DNA of 64,000 nucleotides from Lingula anatina (lineage: Eukaryota > Animalia > Brachiopoda). The notes beneath the pieces were generated by a model, which saw nothing but the letters and a program-made list of their open reading frames with translations, ran no database searches and was not told the origin of the DNA. The position numbers and the translations under genes are program-made. The first letter of the stretch is position 1, and each line of letters opens with the position of its first letter. The stretch covers positions 16,616,001 through 16,680,000 of the forward strand of contig CM120640.1 in assembly GCA_051362555.1 (NCBI GenBank). Reading direction: 5' to 3'. Positions 58,721 to 64,000 of the stretch are shown piece by piece.

Positions 58721-59493
58721 CTCTCAATTTTCAGTGTTTTAGCATTAGCAAATGTTTAAGCAATTTTTGCACATTTTCTCGAGAACAGTTTTCTTGTGTT
58801 TGCATGGGGGATTTATCAAGGAATACTGAAGTGCATTTACCATTCGAATTAGCGGAACCCCTTGACCAGTGTTGGGTATCTTGAAACTGGGGTTTGCCGT
58901 AATACCAAAAATGGAAAGGTGGTCAATATGCTGGAATGTACACTAAATGAAAAAGCTCTCTTCGGCTTGTTAATTAAGTGAAACTTAATTGTTTTTAATT
59001 CGTTTTCCCAATTGATAAATTAAACAATAAATTGTAAATATATTGTACATTTTATATTGTATTTGCTGGCCTTTGCTATCTAGTTCTCCTTTTCTTTCAT
59101 TCACAACTACTGCAATCAAAATACACAGCTAGGTCTGTCAGCTCAATGAAAAAAATCTATTTATCCGCTAAGATAACGCAGAAATAAACAATGCCCTGTT
59201 ATGAGATAATGCTGTAACAGCAAAAATAAATACTGTGAATTTGTTAATCCAAGCTGATGGCGGAGGCAAACAGCAAAGCGTAAAGAGGTGAAATAATATC
59301 TTTGTTTAATGGAACAACTTAATTAGGGGCTCATATCTCATAAACAAAACATTTCAAAATCAAACGCTAGCAATTGCAGCAAATTGGTAATCACAATTTC
59401 ATACCTGTCAACACTGACAGTTGCCAGAGAGGGAGAATCCCTCGCACGCCGTACGTCCCCGACACACAGACACGCATGCAGTACGCACACATA

Positions 59494-61158
59494 CACTATT
59501 GCCCAAAATGGTTGGTACACGTCGAAAATAAGTTCACTTTTTGGAATATTTTACTCTTATTTCTAAAACGTAACACTTGGTACGAAAAAGGAGTCGTTGC
59601 ACCAATTGGCACGACATTGTGTGTTCTATGAACACTTTTCAGTCAGTCACTTTCCACTGGTTATGACTGGAATGTCTGGGGTGTGTGAAACATGTCACAG
59701 AATTTTGGGATAATGCTGGTGGGGTGGGGTGCGTTTGTCATGTTCTGTCAGTTTTCGCGGAGATTTGCATATTAGTAACTGTGTCTTCCCGTTACTGAGA
59801 CCATGCTGCGACCTACAGATATCGTAATACGACACTAGATGGTTGCATATGCAAATATGGGCGAGGAACAAATCGAGATAGCCAGACGTCTGGGTGTGGA
59901 CAGGAAAACTGTGAATAGAATCTTGAGGAGAATAGTTGTGACAGGAAATGTGACACCTGTTAAATCTACAGGTAGACTGCGAAGTGGAAACACCAGAAGT
60001 GATCGTGTCATCATCAACCTGGCAAGAAGAGAGCGAGCCAAAACTGCCAAAACCATTGCCTTGGAGCTACAGGCCCAATTAACATTTGGCTCGATTGTCT
60101 CGCCGGACGGTAAACCGCAGGCTGTTGGAACACGGCTATCCTTCAAGAAGAATGTCGTAGAAGCCACTCTCGGCACCTGCACATCGAGCAAACAGGCTGC
60201 AGTGGATGAGGCAGAACCTTCACCTTACGGTCCAACATTGGAATCACATGGTGTTTGCTGATGAGTCCCGTTTTCTACTGTATCAAACAGATGGAAGAAT
60301 GAGAATGTGCAGACTCGTTGAGAATGGCTGTTGACTGAAAATATCCAAGAAACAATAGCTGGAGGAGGTGTTTCTGTACATGTTTGGGGTGCCATTTGCA
60401 GCAACGGCACTTGCCCATTGCTTCTCTGGATGAAAACCTTAACGCTGCCAGATACAGGGGCATTCTCTAACAGAACTTGGGGCCATTCGCAAGAGGGATA
60501 TACAGAGACAATTTTAGATTGCAACATGACAACGCAACTCCCCATACAGCCCACTAAATTAACGACTATATCCGCCAAAACAACATTCAGAAGCCACAGC
60601 CAGCAAGCAGCCCAGATGCATACCCAATTCAGCACAAGTGGGACGAACTTGGTTGTGCTATTCAAAGGAGAAACCTTCCGCTGCAAAGTTAGATCAACTT
60701 CGAGATGCCCTTCAAGTTGAATGGACCAGAATTTCTCTCCAAAGTGCTGTAACTCTAGTTCACAGTATGCCACGCCGTCTGACGGCCATAATCCAAGCTC
60801 GCGGTGGAGTATTCCTGCTACGGAGATTAATAATGAAGTCTGAAGGGTTTTCATTACAATCTCCCCAAATTTCATATTAATTGTCAATCACAATACAAAT
60901 TTATGTTTAATTTTTCACTTGTACCTGTTGTATAAAAAATACTCTTTTCGGGGGACATGAGGAAAAAACCCTTAATAAATAAACGCTTTTCTTAGATTTG
61001 CATTTTTTGTTTCTCTTTCACTTTGCTTATCCTCCAGCTTCACATATTTAGCAATATAAGCCTAAAGGGTATAATTTTGGTAATAACAATAATAATGAAA
61101 GAAACAGAGCGAAATGCATTCCAAAATTTCCGTGTACCAACCATTTTGGGCAAGAGTG
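59494..61158 (+). mobile_element. Tc1/mariner DNA transposon, full length, inactive
   Basis: 28-bp TIRs (cactattgcccaaaatggttggtacacg, 1 mismatch), TA on both sides, internal transposase remnant. Confidence 0.93.
59803..60833 (+). pseudogene. Tc1-type transposase with premature stop and frameshifts
   Basis: HTH (IARRLGVDRKTVNRI), STGR linker, VFADES, VWGAI, LQHDNATPH and SPDAYPIQHKWDEL spread over different frames; in-frame TAG at codon 12. Confidence 0.88.
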
Positions 61159-61388
61159 TACAATGAACTGGGTTTTAATGCTCTGGAAAACAACGCATCA
61201 GTTTTTTTTTTTCTTTAGAAATGTATTATCAGTTTGCTGTAATCAAATACTTTGACTATACAAAAAAATGTCAAATTGGCAATTGAGTAATTTATTAAAG
61301 GCCTTTCAATGTTTCAAGAATTCCATCAGCTGTTTTACAACCTAGTCATAGCAGGGAATTATATAATTCCCTGGTCATAGGTAGTTAT

Positions 61389-61670
61389 CAGTGGCGGATT
61401 TAAGGGGGTGTCAGGGGGTCCTGACCCCGCCCTTCCCCCCTCCTTCAATTTCTTTAAAAAATTACACCAATGGTCCCATTTTGAAATTAGAATTTTGACT
61501 AGCTGAATCATAGTTCTAAACCGTATCAAATGGCCCCGTTTGTCCTTTACATTACCAAAATTTCCGGGGCCCTTCAGCAGGCCACCGAAACCCACGCCAA
61601 AGAAGGGGTTAGGGTCGGCTAAGCATCCGAGGGCCCCCTCCCCCTTCAAAGAATCCTGGATCCGCCCCTG
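61389..61670. mobile_element. hAT-like MITE (CAGTGGCGGAT...ATCCGCCCCTG, TSD GTTAT)
   Basis: TIRs and 5-bp TSD read directly. Confidence 0.82.
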
Positions 61671-62860
61671 GTTATATCTCATGTCGTTGTTTAGTGTTTG
61701 TAAAAATAAATTGCAAATTATGCTAAATTTCTAACAAGCTAAGAATCTTCTTACACTTGCGTGATGATCTATATTCCAATTCTTTTTTTTCCATTTGACG
61801 ATACGATGATACCTACCCTAAACCTGAATTTGAGAGTAGACCTATTAGAAATGATTACTTACTCTTCATTCACAGAGAAATCGGCTTGTATGTGCATTCT
61901 GCTTAATGGAGATATTCCAACAAACAGTAAATTAGGATTACCCGTGCCAAAAACGAAATAGACTGGACGTTTTTAATTTCGTTATCAATTTCCATCAGGA
62001 TGTTGAGTGTAAATCATCACATTTCAGGTTGCGTTCTTTTCAGTCGCCAAAAGCGAGAGAGAGGGAAGAAGATGAAGAACTATCATTTTTTGCTGTGAAA
62101 CGAACTGCATAATCCCATTGTAAATCCTTTATTTTTAAGCACGGCAAACGTTAATCTATATCCCACGACTTATATCTAAAACAAGCTTTGTAGGCCCCTT
62201 GAGAGAAAATGTTGTCCTGGATCAGGAAAAATAGTCTGAACAGTTTTTGTGAACGCTCTTTTATTACAACAGTACAATGGATTTAGGACAAGACGTCACG
62301 CGCTTTTTGTTCGATAAAAAAAACCTGTGGCACCAAAGCATTCCGTTATACAAAAGGTATCCTGAGTCAAATGTTTTTGTTATAGGGGCACACCTGGTTG
62401 TTATGACTCGCTCATTTACAAGCCTCAATTCAGCCGAATGGGATGTTAGGAGCAAGAGGTTTTAACTCATATTTGAAACAGAATATACAGTGAATGTATA
62501 TCTCGATGACCGAACCTAGACGTTGTGGGTTAAGTTGCACCTCCGTTGTTGCATATTGTCGCTAAGCTGCATATTTGACTTTCAAATTAGCTTACGTTCG
62601 TTTGTATACGGCATACAGTCTGTACAGTGTCAAGAGTGGTTTTCATTTGAACAACCTCATTTCTTGACGCGATAAAGAGTGAAGCCGTTATCGTGTTTTT
62701 GTGTTGGTGTGTGTTTACATACGTTGTAGGGTAATTGACTTACAGGTTATATTACCAGTGTATAACACTTCCGAGACTGACACAGGACTGACCAACAGTC
62801 GTAGCCAACAGCAAGATGTAGCCTCGGCTGCTTCTTTTGGCGATAAAGAAAAATATGTGA

Positions 62861-62960
62861 ATGACGAAAATGGAATTGGTTGTAGTGAAACGTCTGGCGC
62901 TGACTGCAATGCCTACTTTCGTCGCACTTGTGATTACACTAGCGATCATCGATTTTCGGG
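62861..62960 (+). CDS. Ly6/uPAR-family gene coding exon 1 (signal peptide)
   Basis: MTKMELVVVKRLALTAMPTFVALVITLAIIDFR, hydrophobic core, GGG|GTATGT donor phase 1; start could be any of three Mets. Confidence 0.7.
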
Positions 62961-63301
62961 GTATGTCTTTTTATGTTCAAATCTTGTCTAGTTGTAAAAT
63001 TTCAAGTATGACACTTCATGCATTTATTTTCAGTCTTGTTCCTCACAGATTTGAGGGTAATATTCATGTCCATGTTCTTATCGCAAAAAAAGTAGTATAT
63101 GACCGTTAGACCCTACTGCACATGGCTTGTGCATAGTGTATGTAGGTTATGCTTCTTTTGGAAGTAGGCCTATATCCACGTCTCCTACATAAATTTATGT
63201 GATAGGGAAAGGAAGAATGTTGAAATTGTTTTCAAAGTCTTAAGAAAACAAGGGGATATTATCTGCCCAATAACTTTGATGGAATAGTTTTTGTATTCTA
63301 G

Positions 63302-63453
63302 GAATCTCAGCACTGAAATGTCACCAGTGTACAAACTGGCTGAATTCCAATACGAAGTGTAACAATGTGACTGTGCAGTGCACCGACCCCACTCACGACG
63401 CTTGCTTTACTGAGGTGATGAGATCTGCTGCTTTTGACAAAAAATATAGAAAG
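63302..63453 (+). CDS. Ly6/uPAR (three-finger) domain exon; gene continues beyond window
   Basis: GISALKCHQCTNWLNSNTKCNNVTVQCTDPTHDACFTEV...: L-x-C-x-x-C start and Cys spacing of LU domains; phase 1-0. Confidence 0.82.
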
Positions 63454-64000
63454 GTAATAATAGTGATCATAATTGTAGAGAGATCTTATTGGGGAATGAT
63501 ACAGGTTTTTTTAACTTTAAATATTTTGATTCATATAAATAGAACCAGCAAACTTACAAATGACCAAGCATGGTGAACTCACTTTAAAATAGTGCAATTT
63601 CTACTCTGCCCCCCCCCCTCCCCCGATCGAAAATTGCATTTATACAAACAAAATATGTAGCATGCAATTACTACCCCTTGATCAAAAATTGCAATTAAAA
63701 ATACAAAGAAAACAGGTAGCTGTTCTTTTGGTTTAAGCCAAGAGAAGAGTATTTTGATTATAAAAATTGGCATTTATTTTATATGTACTTATGACCTAAA
63801 GCCTGAAACATTTTAATTGTCAGCAAGTACTTCAAAACCCTGTATTCTATTCCTTAGAATCTCCAAAATCTGAAAAGATTGGTAAACATTGGTAGAGATG
63901 GTTTTAACAAACTTTTTTCTCGCTTTGAATGCTTGTAACAAAGACCAGGTATACTCAAACTACATACCAGTACTCAAGGGAGTCCGAGTATCATTCCATG

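Noticed and set aside
60225-60887. 220-aa minus-strand ORF
   Set aside because: Antisense to the Tc1 transposase remnant.

Overview
AT-rich, intron-rich eukaryotic DNA from an invertebrate; a lophotrochozoan or mollusc is my inference from the protein sequences and intron style. The window holds three protein-coding genes. (1) A complete vinculin gene on the minus strand (ATG 58543 to stop 27140) has 21 core exons that I spliced by hand with consistent GT-AG phases into a 955-aa ORF. (2) The first four coding exons of an F-BAR-domain gene (probably Stac-like) lie on the minus strand at 12868-1315, and the gene continues off the left edge. (3) The first two coding exons of a secreted Ly6/uPAR (three-finger) gene lie on the plus strand at 62861-63453. 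The window also has a dead Tc1/mariner element, several MITEs (including CAG-terminated families with 5-bp TSDs) and microsatellites. The most striking signal is two clusters of hidden, frame-preserving phase-1/phase-1 cassette exons in vinculin. About nine (12-438 nt, up to ~365 extra aa) lie in the proline-rich hinge intron. Four or five micro-exons (6-39 nt) lie in the actin-binding tail H4-H5 loop. Many have downstream UGCAUG motifs, and one has a perfect 12-bp intronic stem. Together they suggest a combinatorial splicing system that remodels vinculin. All cassette exons are predicted from sequence alone and need RNA-seq confirmation.
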